Positions 1 through 9,900 of a stretch of 51,466 nucleotides of DNA are shown piece by piece. Source of the DNA: a virus. Lineage: Duplodnaviria; Caudoviricetes. The notes under the pieces are model-generated. The model did not search any database and had not been told where the DNA came from. It worked only from the letters and a program-made list of their open reading frames with translations. Where the stretch lies: positions 1 to 51,466 of the IMG/VR virus record IMGVR_UViG_3300033998_000199; one strand, written 5' to 3'. Each line of letters starts with the position of its first letter. The first letter of the stretch is position 1. Position numbers and translations under genes: made by a program.

Positions 1-284
1 AAAAAAGAGGCACGGGCGAATTCAAAGATTTCGTATTTGACTTTTCCGATGGGACAACCAAAACAGAAGTGTTGAGAATAAAACCCACAGGTGAAGTGAA
101 AATCAGCAATAACACTGTCTGGCACGCCGGCAACGACGGCGCGGGGAGCGGGCTGGATGCGGATGCGGTGGATGGGTTACACGTTACAGGGTCCAGCACC
201 CCCGGCTTGCGTAAGATAACGATTTCTTCCGCCGATCCATCAGGTGGTTCTGATGGCGACGTGTGGTTTAAGTATCTACCATAA
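1..284 (+). CDS. Tail fibre, C-terminal part (continuation of 50709-51466)
   Basis: Open from position 3; typical fibre motifs VWHAGNDGAGSGLDAD and C-terminal SSADPSGGSDGDVWFKY. Confidence 0.8.
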   Translation, partial: KRGTGEFKDFVFDFSDGTTKTEVLRIKPTGEVKISNNTVWHAGNDGAGSGLDADAVDGLHVTGSSTPGLRKITISSADPSGGSDGDVWFKYLP

Positions 285-301
285 ACAGCAAGCAAAATGG
301 A

Positions 302-877
302 GTGTTAAATATGGCAGACCCGGTTGTTAGAGTCAATGTCGGTGGTGTCTGGAAATACGCCGAACCTTTTGTCAATATTTCAGGGCAATGGAAGCGACTC
401 AGTTCGGTCTTTGTGAATGTAGGTGGTATTTGGAAGGAGTGCGAGAAAAAAGAGTTCTCAACAACGTTGCAGTTGCTCGGCGATTTCGAGAGTGGTATGG
501 ATGGGTGGACTATTACTTCAGGTAGCGTGAGTGTTGCTAGAGTATCTAACTGGAGTACTTCGGGCGTCTACTCTGTCCAATGCGCAAGGCCAAGAGCTCC
601 AATGACGGGAACCAGTTCTTTTTACAAAGATGTCGATTTGACCACCTGGGATACGCTGTTGTTTGATTACAACGGGGGCGGAGACAGCGGAGGAATAATT
701 TTTGTTGACGTAGGTGGTACGAACATTTCGTTGCCTTATGGGACGTATCGAGACTGTATGGTTACGGTTAGCAATTACACCGGAATTGTTAGGATCACGC
801 TAGGGGTTTTCTCTCCCTATCAGGCAGTAATGGCATATTTCGATAACATCCGTCTGAGAACGAGGACTCTATTATAG
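302..877 (+). CDS. Putative fibre-tip receptor-binding protein
   Basis: Three N-terminal VN(V/I)xGxWK repeats, then a beta-sandwich-like domain (GDFESGMDGW...YFDNIRL); directly follows the fibre gene. Confidence 0.6.
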   Translation: MLNMADPVVRVNVGGVWKYAEPFVNISGQWKRLSSVFVNVGGIWKECEKKEFSTTLQLLGDFESGMDGWTITSGSVSVARVSNWSTSGVYSVQCARPRAPMTGTSSFYKDVDLTTWDTLLFDYNGGGDSGGIIFVDVGGTNISLPYGTYRDCMVTVSNYTGIVRITLGVFSPYQAVMAYFDNIRLRTRTLL

Positions 878-1021
878 TACAAACAACCAAGACGCGGATG
901 TTTAGGGAACGGTTGTAATGCTATTCAACGCAGCCGCTCTGCCCTAGAAGCAAGGGTAGCGGCTCTAGAAAAAGCCATTAGCAAGTCGAAATCACAATAA
1001 GACTTTCGTCAGGCTTTTCTT

Positions 1022-1047
1022 GCCGCCGCGAGGCGGCTTTGGTTTTT
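1022..1047 (+). terminator. Intrinsic terminator
   Basis: GCCGCC-GCGA-GGCGGC hairpin followed by TTTGGTTTTT. Confidence 0.65.
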
Positions 1048-1074
1048 GTGCCTTAATGAAGGGAGGTGGCCTAG

Positions 1075-3549
1075 GTGCGGTTCGGAGCATCGAAATACGA
1101 CGCTAGCGTTTACAACGCTACTTTGTACTCCGTTGCTTGTTTGGTAGAAGGAACAGTAACCGTTGGACAAGTAATACGTTTATGCGACACTACCGCACAG
1201 GCTGCCGTGTTGGTCAGTGCAACCGTAGATGCTACTGCTGTTTGCACGGCTTCGGCTACCACTACCGTTACGGTTGTTTCTGTCGATGTTTCTTATATTC
1301 GCGTGCGTAAAACTTTGGCCGAGGCAACTGTTCAGGCAACCGGAGTTGTTATCACAACGGCGACATGCTTGGTGTCTGCCAGTACAACGGTTTCTACGGT
1401 TGGGTCGGTTGAGGCTATTGCTGCCTTTGTTGCTAAAGCGTTCGGCAACGTTGTAGTTAGCGTACTGGCAGTTGTTGCAACTGTTGCTTGCTATGCCTCT
1501 GCTACTTTCCAGGTTGCTGTGAATACCCTTGTCGCAAGGACACGTGCTAAGTACACTCGCTTTGGGCAAGGAATATCCATCCGGGCAGCTTACAACGAGG
1601 GCATTAAATTAGCCTCGCAAGGGGTGTTCTATCACAAAGCAGGGGAACTGGTTGCTCTGGTTTATACCACTAACGCTACTAGCACAAATCCTCGCTACCT
1701 CTTCGATGGCGGTGGAGGCATAAGCAACAACTTGGTCGTCCTTATTACCACAGATGGTAAGGTTCAGGTAACTTACGGCACTGGGGTTTCCACAGTCACG
1801 TTGACAAGCCCTAGTGCGTTGCTCCGTGATGGCGCAACATGGGTAGGAGTTGGCTGGGATGATGGCGGCGTTTACTTGCATTTAGACGGGGTGCTAGTAG
1901 CGTCTTCAAGCACAAAACCGTCTTTAGTGTTTGGTGACTATGTATTTGTAGGTTGCTCCTCTTCCCAGACCAACTCGTTGGACGGTATATTAGATGAGTT
2001 TTGGGTCAGTTCACGCAGGCGATCTACCACAGAACTGCTAGCAATTTGCCTAGCTGATGTTCCTATTGAGTGGGATATAGATACGACCTACCTACTGCAT
2101 TTTGATGGCAATCTCAACTATCCTGCCAATCGCCAGGGTGTTTGGGTGTCTCCTGTCCAGAACGCAACCACGGCTACGGATTATAGCTCGCTGGTCGTTT
2201 ATTGGACGGCTAGTGTACCGGCCAACACCGCAATTACCTGTCAGGTTCGGACTTCACAAGATGGCGCCAACTGGTCTTTGTGGTACGACCAGATCAACGG
2301 CAATTACAGCCAGGCACCTCCTGGGCCGTATTCCCAAGTGCGCTTTATCTTACAGGAATTGTCTAACGCTGGCACTCCTGTCCTTTCTGGGGTTACTATA
2401 AGCTACGAGGGTATGCCGACTTCTTCTGTTTTGCTTTCTGGCTTATCACCAGCGCGTACCTACACTTTCTCGCAGATGCTGGACTACCTGATAATCTGCA
2501 ACGGCGTAGACTTGCCCAAGAAGTATGACGGTGTTACTATATCCGACATCACCACTGCGCCACGGGCAGCGTTGACTTGTGTTCACAAGGAACGTGTTTT
2601 CATGGCCAAAACTGCTACGGACAGGAACACTATCTGGTTTTCTGCCCCAAGGAACGTGGATGACTGGACTTCGGCAGACATTACCGGAGCTATCGTAGTC
2701 AACCCCAGCGACGGCGATGAAATCATGGCCTTGGTGCCTACTTCGATGACCATGCTCATAGTGAAGCAGCACTCAACGTACTATCTGCAGGGCTATTCTC
2801 CTGATACGTTCCAAGTTACTCCTGCGGGTGAAGGCGGTACTATATCACCTTGGGGTGTCGTTTGGACGCCTTACGGCGTTTTTCGGATCGACCGCGATGG
2901 TGTTTGGCAGACCGACTTCCGCAAGCAAATACTCATTACCAAGAAAATACAAAAGGTGTGGGACGGCCTGAACCAGCGCCAGCTAGGAAACGCAGCGCTA
3001 TTTTTCTATAAAGATAAGCTGTTTGTGGCCGTGCCTAGTGCAACGTCCAACTATAACGATACTGTGTTGGTGTATGACCTGGTGCAGCAGGCTTGGTCTG
3101 TTTGGACAGGGTGGACACCGGCGTGCTTTGCCATGTTCTGGGAGCGCGGCCAGTGGGTTCCCATTTTTGGTTCGTCTGTATCCGGCAATGTGTACGAAAT
3201 AGGCGCTTCAAGTGCAGATGCCAGTTCGGCTATTATTGCAACCGTTGAAACAAGGCACCTGCCTCTTGTGTCGGAGGAGTTCTTGAAGCGTGTTAAGTGG
3301 GTAGACATTTACTTCGGCGGAGGCAGCACGGATGCCTCCGTTGTGGCATCCTTTGTCGTGGACGGTATCGCTAGCAGCGCCAAGACATTGACCGTTCCGG
3401 CCAATGCAGACAGTGCACCCTTCCGCTTGTATCCCCCGCCGTATGGCCGTACCATTGGCGTCCGGTTGCAGATGTCCGGCCCTGCGGTATTGCAAGGATT
3501 ATCTCTAACCTACTTCCCGAGGGCTGTGCGCCCGCAGAGGGTGGTCTAA
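1075..3549 (+). CDS. Tail protein: A/T/V-rich N-terminus, LamG-like domain, and C-terminal part of a nozzle (tail tubular protein B / P22 gp10-like beta-propeller)
   Basis: LamG-like WVGVGWD..LHLDG..GILDEFW; propeller-like motifs YLIICNG, HKERVF, IWFS, DGDEIMAL, GTISPW, VLVYD; GGAGG RBS upstream. Confidence 0.7.
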   Translation: MRFGASKYDASVYNATLYSVACLVEGTVTVGQVIRLCDTTAQAAVLVSATVDATAVCTASATTTVTVVSVDVSYIRVRKTLAEATVQATGVVITTATCLVSASTTVSTVGSVEAIAAFVAKAFGNVVVSVLAVVATVACYASATFQVAVNTLVARTRAKYTRFGQGISIRAAYNEGIKLASQGVFYHKAGELVALVYTTNATSTNPRYLFDGGGGISNNLVVLITTDGKVQVTYGTGVSTVTLTSPSALLRDGATWVGVGWDDGGVYLHLDGVLVASSSTKPSLVFGDYVFVGCSSSQTNSLDGILDEFWVSSRRRSTTELLAICLADVPIEWDIDTTYLLHFDGNLNYPANRQGVWVSPVQNATTATDYSSLVVYWTASVPANTAITCQVRTSQDGANWSLWYDQINGNYSQAPPGPYSQVRFILQELSNAGTPVLSGVTISYEGMPTSSVLLSGLSPARTYTFSQMLDYLIICNGVDLPKKYDGVTISDITTAPRAALTCVHKERVFMAKTATDRNTIWFSAPRNVDDWTSADITGAIVVNPSDGDEIMALVPTSMTMLIVKQHSTYYLQGYSPDTFQVTPAGEGGTISPWGVVWTPYGVFRIDRDGVWQTDFRKQILITKKIQKVWDGLNQRQLGNAALFFYKDKLFVAVPSATSNYNDTVLVYDLVQQAWSVWTGWTPACFAMFWERGQWVPIFGSSVSGNVYEIGASSADASSAIIATVETRHLPLVSEEFLKRVKWVDIYFGGGSTDASVVASFVVDGIASSAKTLTVPANADSAPFRLYPPPYGRTIGVRLQMSGPAVLQGLSLTYFPRAVRPQRVV

Positions 3550-4100
3550 TGGCCTATTTGGATTTGCCGCTCTTCCTGGTAAAGTCTTCGGAAATACTGC
3601 AAATCCTCCAGCAGGTGCAGTTTGCAGTTAACACCATGACCGAGGAAAATTTCCCCAACAAACTCAAGGCGGACTCCGTACTGAAATCGGGCAGTGCTAC
3701 CGGTGGAAGCCTCCTAGCAGACTACTCCACCCCGCTCAAGAAGCTTACTTGGAAAGAGTGGCCAATACCACTGGTGATACCCGTGCAGCCCGCCACAACG
3801 ACTTCCAGCCTGGATTGTGGCGGGTTCTTTCTTTATGACCCTGCTAGGTTCCCAGGCGGTACTTGGTACTTGGAAGCTGCCCTGATGGTTACGTCTGGCG
3901 GTACGGCCACTGCGCAACTAAAAGACGGCAACCTAGCCGTTATTGGCTCTGTAAGCACAACCAACACCAACTGGACGGTTGCACGGAGTGCTGCTCTGAC
4001 GATGCCCACAGTCCAAACCGCTTTGACAGTTACCCTTGTTAGCAGCGGTTCGAGTTACACGGCTTCCTTATGGGCCGCACGGCTCATTTATGTCCCGTAG
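3549..4100 (+). CDS. Putative virion structural protein
   Basis: Coupled to the nozzle gene (TAATG); beta-rich C-terminus. Confidence 0.55.
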   Translation: MAYLDLPLFLVKSSEILQILQQVQFAVNTMTEENFPNKLKADSVLKSGSATGGSLLADYSTPLKKLTWKEWPIPLVIPVQPATTTSSLDCGGFFLYDPARFPGGTWYLEAALMVTSGGTATAQLKDGNLAVIGSVSTTNTNWTVARSAALTMPTVQTALTVTLVSSGSSYTASLWAARLIYVP

Positions 4101-4103
4101 GAG

Positions 4104-5798
4104 GTGTTGTCTGTGGCGTATACTCAACCCTTAAGGCAAACCTTAGAAAAGCAGGGATACCAGGTATATTTCCAAGGTGCAGGCAAGCCTATTAAAGTCA
4201 GCAAGGGTGGACAGACTTACGAAATTAAAGACTACCAAATCAAAGGCGGTACGGCGTATGTAGACCCTAGCACCCTGTCGAAGTTGACCACCACTACTAC
4301 GACTTCATCCGCACCGAAAGTAGCCGCACCTTCGGCAGGGGATGTTCCCGTCCGCTCCTCTTTGGAGCAGGCCGGTCTGAAAGTCTCCTACAACCCTTCC
4401 AATAAAAGCGTGACGGTAACGCACCCGGTTACGGGTTATTCGTACACATGGACACCGACTAAAGGTGTCGAGGGGAAATATTACGCTTCTCCTGAAGAAA
4501 TCGAGCGCGTAAAAGGGTACGTTACTCCTTCCTATGAAAAGGTGCCGCAGCAGGTAATGGCAGACTTGGCTGCGTACCAGAAACAAATGACCGATATGTG
4601 GAACCAGTATTACAACAACCAGCAGCAGTTGATTTCCGGCTATATGAAGCAAATGACGGACTACATCAAGCAATGGCAAGAAGCCGGTCTGGACATGATG
4701 CGGCAGTACCAACAGCAATATAGTGTGGTACTCGAGCAGCTTCAGAAGTTGATGAACCCAGACCCAACGGTGCCGGAAAGCGTAAAGTTGGCCCTCGACT
4801 TGGTGAAGAAACAAACGGATGAAAATATCCGTGTTCTCAACGAGGAAATGATCCGCCGAGGCATTTACGGCTCGACCATCGCTGCTGACCGCATACGCAA
4901 GCTCCAGGAAACCATGACGGACGAGCAACGTGCCATCCTAGCCCAGTGGCTTGACAACCAGCATAAGCAGATGCTCCAAGCGACATTGCAATACGCCGCC
5001 GCTCAGGAGCGGTACGCTCAGGGGCTGGCGAATATGTACGGCCAGGTCTATCAGAGGCCCATCGAGATGAGCATGAACCTTTTGCAGGGCGTTACTTCCA
5101 TGCAACAAGGCTTGGCACAGCAAGGGCTGCAATTGCAGAAAGACCTTGCCACACAAGGGCTTAATGTTTCGACACAACTTCGCCAGTGGGCTGGTCAGCA
5201 GGAAGATGCAGCACGGCAAGCCCGCCTCCAGCAAGAGCTAGAGGCACAGAAGGCAGCGCAGGAGCAAGCACGGTGGGAAGCTGAACAAGCACTTAAGCAA
5301 GCTCAGTTCCAGTTGGATGTGGCTAAAGCGCAAGAGGAAGCTAGGCACAACCGGGCTATGGAGAGCCGCCCAACGGGCAGTTCTTACCCCTCAGTGAGTT
5401 TGCTTAAGTATTGGCAAGACTTGCAGGACAAGGCAGCACAAGAAAAGATGGCAAGCGAAATACGCTCCTTGGCTCAGAATCTGGGCGTCAACGAGCCTAC
5501 TGCCGCCGCAATTTTGGACTTGGATCGTGGTGGTTGGTTAAAGAATCCTAACGCCGCTCTTGCTCAAGTAGAGTACATGAAAAACAATCCAAACTATGCC
5601 GGAGCCGATTGGGGTTACGTTAGTTCCTACGTAAAGACGAAGACTGCTCCAAAGTCCAGCACAACGTCATCTTCTGGTTGGAAACCAGGAACACCAATCG
5701 ACATTGAGTCTGTGCTAAAGTCCCTATTCAAAGGTAAGCCTACTCAACCCGTACAAGCACCAGCCATTTTGAAGGGCGTAGGTGCTGGCATATTCTAA
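4104..5798 (+). CDS. Putative internal virion / DNA ejection protein
   Basis: Q/A-rich coiled-coil, located after the nozzle as in podoviruses; N-terminal degenerate copper-amine-oxidase-N-like repeats. Confidence 0.6.
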   Translation: MLSVAYTQPLRQTLEKQGYQVYFQGAGKPIKVSKGGQTYEIKDYQIKGGTAYVDPSTLSKLTTTTTTSSAPKVAAPSAGDVPVRSSLEQAGLKVSYNPSNKSVTVTHPVTGYSYTWTPTKGVEGKYYASPEEIERVKGYVTPSYEKVPQQVMADLAAYQKQMTDMWNQYYNNQQQLISGYMKQMTDYIKQWQEAGLDMMRQYQQQYSVVLEQLQKLMNPDPTVPESVKLALDLVKKQTDENIRVLNEEMIRRGIYGSTIAADRIRKLQETMTDEQRAILAQWLDNQHKQMLQATLQYAAAQERYAQGLANMYGQVYQRPIEMSMNLLQGVTSMQQGLAQQGLQLQKDLATQGLNVSTQLRQWAGQQEDAARQARLQQELEAQKAAQEQARWEAEQALKQAQFQLDVAKAQEEARHNRAMESRPTGSSYPSVSLLKYWQDLQDKAAQEKMASEIRSLAQNLGVNEPTAAAILDLDRGGWLKNPNAALAQVEYMKNNPNYAGADWGYVSSYVKTKTAPKSSTTSSSGWKPGTPIDIESVLKSLFKGKPTQPVQAPAILKGVGAGIF

Positions 5799-5815
5799 CT
5801 GGGGGTTGGCTTATT

Positions 5816-8800
5816 ATGGCTGTTTCCTATGGCGAAGTTCTATCTAAAATGAGGGCAAGTTCTCGCATTTCATACGGTGATGTCCTAGCTGGAGTTAGAG
5901 CAAGTTCTCGTGCTAGTGACCCTTACAAAGCCGCCCAAACTGAAATTCAGCACAACATCGCCCGCCTCCAAGCTGTCGGTGCAAAGCCGCCCTCGCTTGG
6001 CAGCAAGATACTGTCGCTTCCTGCGGCGGTGTTTGACATTCTAGACCGTCCGGCGGCAGCCGTCCGTGCTGCGGTGAAGGCGGCCTTCACCCCGGAGAAG
6101 GAGTCAATCCTTGGTGAGGCATGGAAAGCGTTCACCGGAAAGACCAAAGTAAGTGGTGAGGACGTGCTCAAAGCCGCCGGGATCGCCCCGCAGAACAAGG
6201 TGGCCCGGTGGCTTGCTTCTTTCGGCACGGAAGTACTCCTCGACCCCAGCGTTTACATCACTCTTGGCGCTAGTAGCCTAGCCAAGAAGGTCGGGCAGGA
6301 GTCTGCTGAAGCGTTGGCCAAGCGGATTGTCCCCGAGATAGCCAAGGAGACCGGAAAGAACATTTCCCTGGAAAGCGCCACTCGCTTGGCGTCCAATGCT
6401 CTTAGAGGAGAAATTCCTGTAGGGCGTTTGGGCGACGCTATCCGGCGGGCGATGGGCTATCAGGTAGAAAAAGTAGCCGTTCCTGCTGGCCCGCGTTCCT
6501 TGGAGAAAACCATCGCGGCACGAGAAGCCGAAAGCCTTTTAAGCAAATCATACAGGAATGTCAGGCAGATCATCAACGCTTTACAAAAAGGTATTGAAAG
6601 GGGCAAGTTGCCTGAGAGTGCTAAAGGTATGCTACAGCGGTTAACTGCCTCAGAGGTCACTAGAGAAGTGGGCAGGGTTATTGGTGAGAGACCACGCTAC
6701 GCCATTGAGTTTGGTTCTTTCATGGGTTTCACCAAACCGATAGCTTCGGTGGACATTACTAAGACCGTTACTGGCCTTCGTAACTTGGCTGAGAAAACCC
6801 TCGGACAGCGAGGAGCCAAGGTCTTCGACTGGTTTGGCAGGGCCTTCGTTCGTGATTACACACCGCTGGCTTTCAAGGGCGGCGAGAGAGCGTTTATCCA
6901 AGAAGCTAAGAAGACCATATCCGAGGCCGAAGTTATGGCTCCCAGCAAGGCTAAAGTCACCTTGCAGAACGTTTTGGAAAAGGTTTGGAAGCAGGCCGGA
7001 ATACCACAAGAGGCTAGAGAGAAAGCTGTTTATGCTCTTGAAGAAGGCCGGAGCAAAGAGGCCAGGCTTGTTAGAGTCGTGCAGAACAAGATCAATAAGA
7101 CGATGCAAAAGCTCGCTGACATGGCCCAGATGGATGTTATACCGGAGAAAGAGTTTAACGCTGCTTGGAAGAGTTTGGAGAAACTGCGCAACCAGTTAAC
7201 CGAAGCGCAAAATGCCCTTATTGCCAGGCGTATAAGGCTCTTTGGCTCTCCTGAAATTCCCAAGGACGTGCAAAAGGCCGCCGACATAACCCGGAAGCTT
7301 TTTGCCGACGACCTCGAACGACTTGTTCAGCGCGGCGTTCCTATTAAGGCGATTGACTTCTACGTTATGCACCTATACAAAGACCCGCCGGAGAAAGTAC
7401 GCGAGGTCTTGCAGAAATACGCCGCCTCCAGAGGTATAAAAGCAGCGCATCCGTCATTTATGTACGAACGGCTCATCCGCGACGTTGAAACCGCCGAACG
7501 GCTTGGCTTGCACCCGGTCAAGGACGTTGCTGTACTCACTGCTATTCATCAAGCCTTAACTGACCAGATGCTGACCATCGACAAGATGGGGCGCGACTTG
7601 CTTCGTATCGGAAAAGACATTATCCGCCCAGCACGAATGGCTCCTCCTGGCTGGCACGTCATCACGGACAAAACCATCCCTGTCCTGCAAAATATGGCCG
7701 TGCATCCTGAAGTGGCGGAGTCTTTGAAACGTCTCTACACCATTGTACAAAACCCGGATGAGGCGTCCAAAGTCTTTGAGAGTGTATATCAGAAAGCAAT
7801 GAGGCACCTGAAGGCGCTCATGACTTCTTGGAACATCCGCTTCCACGTTGTTAACGCTACTGGCGGTGCGTTCTTCAACTTTGTGGATGGCGTGCCACCA
7901 ACAGCGTACGCCAAAGCAGCAAAGGCCCTCCAAGATCCCGCGAAGGAAATTCTGATCAACGGCAAGCGTGTTCCTGCCAAGGAGATTTTAGACGTATTCG
8001 ACCGCTTCGGCCTCCCTGGGCAGGGTGCTTTCCGTCAAGCGCAAACTGCGCGGTCTTTGCTACAAGAAGCTACTTCCGCAGCCAATCGGCTTGGATTGTC
8101 CACGGAGGGCGCTCCTACTCTTTGGCAACGTCTTACGGCTATTCCGAGAGAAGCTGGTGAGGTCACTGACACGTTCATGCGGCTCGCCAACTTTATCGAC
8201 CAGTTGGACAAGGGAAAGACTCCTGCTGAAGCTGCTGCACACACCAAGGCAGTGCATTACGACTATGGAGCACTTACGCCGTTCGAGAGAAGTGGTTGGT
8301 TGTCGGGTGGCCTTGTGCCGTTCTACGCTTGGTTGCGGTTCAACACTCCCGCAATGCTCAAGCTCATGGCAACTCGACCCGGCATCTTTATGGCGACCCA
8401 GCACGCCGTTGAGTCCGGCAAGGCCGTACACGGCATGAAGGACGAAGAAATTCCCGATTGGCTGAAGGACGCTATGGCCCTGCCAATCGGGGTAGACGAA
8501 AACGGCAATTACATCTTCTTCAATCCGGCCCTACCAATTTCTGACTTGTCGCGGATACGCAGTCCCCTCGACCGTAGTTTCTGGCAAGATTTAGCAGGAA
8601 CGCTCAACCCTGTACTGGCGATTCCGTACGAATTGGCTACAGGCAAAGAAGCTTATACAGGTAGAGATGTTAGCAAATATCCTGATCTGCCTATGCAGTA
8701 CTTGAAGGACGCCTTGACATCAGCCCTAATGAAGCTCGGCCCGGTCAGGGAAGTTGCTGCTGCACGTCGCTATGCAACTACCGACACCAGCAAACTTTCG

Positions 8801-8977
8801 TACAAGCGCATCCCTGGTCTTGGTAGCCTCTTTGTTTCGGTCAACCCGCAGAAGATTGAGGAATACAACACATTCCGGCTACGTGACGTACTGCGGCAGG
8901 CCATTGCTTTGCAGGAGGCTCATGGTGTGCAAGTACCGACGTGGGAAGAGGTGAAGAAGAACTACGGTTTAAAGTGA
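5816..8977 (+). CDS. Large internal virion / ejection protein (1053 aa)
   Basis: Size, helical composition and position; C-terminal HYDYG..PFYAW..IPDW..LNP..ELATGK..TGR motif series resembles large polyvalent (LPD38-like) ejection proteins. Confidence 0.65.
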   Translation: MAVSYGEVLSKMRASSRISYGDVLAGVRASSRASDPYKAAQTEIQHNIARLQAVGAKPPSLGSKILSLPAAVFDILDRPAAAVRAAVKAAFTPEKESILGEAWKAFTGKTKVSGEDVLKAAGIAPQNKVARWLASFGTEVLLDPSVYITLGASSLAKKVGQESAEALAKRIVPEIAKETGKNISLESATRLASNALRGEIPVGRLGDAIRRAMGYQVEKVAVPAGPRSLEKTIAAREAESLLSKSYRNVRQIINALQKGIERGKLPESAKGMLQRLTASEVTREVGRVIGERPRYAIEFGSFMGFTKPIASVDITKTVTGLRNLAEKTLGQRGAKVFDWFGRAFVRDYTPLAFKGGERAFIQEAKKTISEAEVMAPSKAKVTLQNVLEKVWKQAGIPQEAREKAVYALEEGRSKEARLVRVVQNKINKTMQKLADMAQMDVIPEKEFNAAWKSLEKLRNQLTEAQNALIARRIRLFGSPEIPKDVQKAADITRKLFADDLERLVQRGVPIKAIDFYVMHLYKDPPEKVREVLQKYAASRGIKAAHPSFMYERLIRDVETAERLGLHPVKDVAVLTAIHQALTDQMLTIDKMGRDLLRIGKDIIRPARMAPPGWHVITDKTIPVLQNMAVHPEVAESLKRLYTIVQNPDEASKVFESVYQKAMRHLKALMTSWNIRFHVVNATGGAFFNFVDGVPPTAYAKAAKALQDPAKEILINGKRVPAKEILDVFDRFGLPGQGAFRQAQTARSLLQEATSAANRLGLSTEGAPTLWQRLTAIPREAGEVTDTFMRLANFIDQLDKGKTPAEAAAHTKAVHYDYGALTPFERSGWLSGGLVPFYAWLRFNTPAMLKLMATRPGIFMATQHAVESGKAVHGMKDEEIPDWLKDAMALPIGVDENGNYIFFNPALPISDLSRIRSPLDRSFWQDLAGTLNPVLAIPYELATGKEAYTGRDVSKYPDLPMQYLKDALTSALMKLGPVREVAAARRYATTDTSKLSYKRIPGLGSLFVSVNPQKIEEYNTFRLRDVLRQAIALQEAHGVQVPTWEEVKKNYGLK

Positions 8978-9702
8978 TCCTTAGCCATTTGCTTGTATGA
9001 GTCTATAATAACGCTGGGCGCATTGAGCTTCTCTGCCAGTCGTACGGAGTAAAGGTAACACACAGCTTCTTCGTCATCCGGCGTGCGTGTTGGGTCAAAT
9101 AGCCCCACGGCACGTAGTTGAGCATGTACCGCCTCGTGATACAAGGTTACAGCGTAGAAAACTGCTGTGTCCTTACCAAGGAGTTTTGCAACATTTGGGT
9201 ATTCGTCGGTGTTAATACGGCAAATACCGTCACCACCGTAAGTGTTTGCTGCTATGCCTTTCCCAAGTCCAGGAGCAGCTTCAATACATGTAAAAAAGGC
9301 ACAAATGGCCCGATAGGCTTTATTATCTCTTTGCCAAAGCAAGTTCATGGCTTGTTCCAACGTCTGGTGCACTTCCTCCGGCGCTACAATGGTAGGTTTT
9401 GGGGCCATACCCCAATACATTTTTACCATGTCCTCTGGCCTTCTGTAGGAAGAACTCGTTTTAGGTTTAGATGTACTAATAAATACAGTGTTGGTATTCT
9501 GATCCCACGAAACTTCAGCACCTAGTGCCTCACCGACGGCGCGCAAAGGAACAAAAACGCGATTGCTTATCATTTGCGGCGGGACATCGCTTTGGAGTGG
9601 CCTGTCGTTGACCAATATGTGCAACACTCCTTGGCCTCGTACCAAATTCCCTGACAGAACTGTAACGAGCACTATGACAAGTGCTATGATCTTTTTGTGC
9701 AT
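8962..9702 (-). CDS. Secreted protein: copper amine oxidase N-terminal-like domain plus HEXXH metallopeptidase-like domain (moron)
   Basis: Signal peptide MHKKIIALVIVLVTVL; DVPPQMISNRVFVPLRAVGEALGAEVSWD; HEAVH...EE; AGGGAGG RBS; antisense to the late operon. Confidence 0.75.
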   Translation of the reverse strand: MHKKIIALVIVLVTVLSGNLVRGQGVLHILVNDRPLQSDVPPQMISNRVFVPLRAVGEALGAEVSWDQNTNTVFISTSKPKTSSSYRRPEDMVKMYWGMAPKPTIVAPEEVHQTLEQAMNLLWQRDNKAYRAICAFFTCIEAAPGLGKGIAANTYGGDGICRINTDEYPNVAKLLGKDTAVFYAVTLYHEAVHAQLRAVGLFDPTRTPDDEEAVCYLYSVRLAEKLNAPSVIIDSYKQMAKDHFKP

Positions 9703-9714
9703 ACGGAACCCTCC

Positions 9715-9849
9715 CTACTTGTTATGCCGTGCATCTCTTTTTCCTTCCTCGTATCCTTGGCGGTAAACATCGTAGGCCGTAGCTATTAGAAAGCCAATAA
9801 AGACAATGGCTGCTATGATTCTAATCAAACCTACTATCGAGGAACCCAT
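9715..9849 (-). CDS. 44 aa single-pass membrane protein (not in ORF track)
   Basis: Hand translation MGSSIVGLIRIIAAIVFIGFLIATAYDVYRQGYEEGKRDARHNK; same AGGGAGGGTTC RBS as the downstream gene. Confidence 0.65.
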   Translation of the reverse strand: MGSSIVGLIRIIAAIVFIGFLIATAYDVYRQGYEEGKRDARHNK

Positions 9850-9900
9850 TCAGAACCCTCCCTTTAATTTCATAATGTGAAAGGAGATGGATAATCTCAC

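Noticed and set aside
1-3549. Diversity-generating retroelement or invertible fibre locus
   Set aside because: No reverse transcriptase, TR/VR pair, invertase or flanking inverted repeats found
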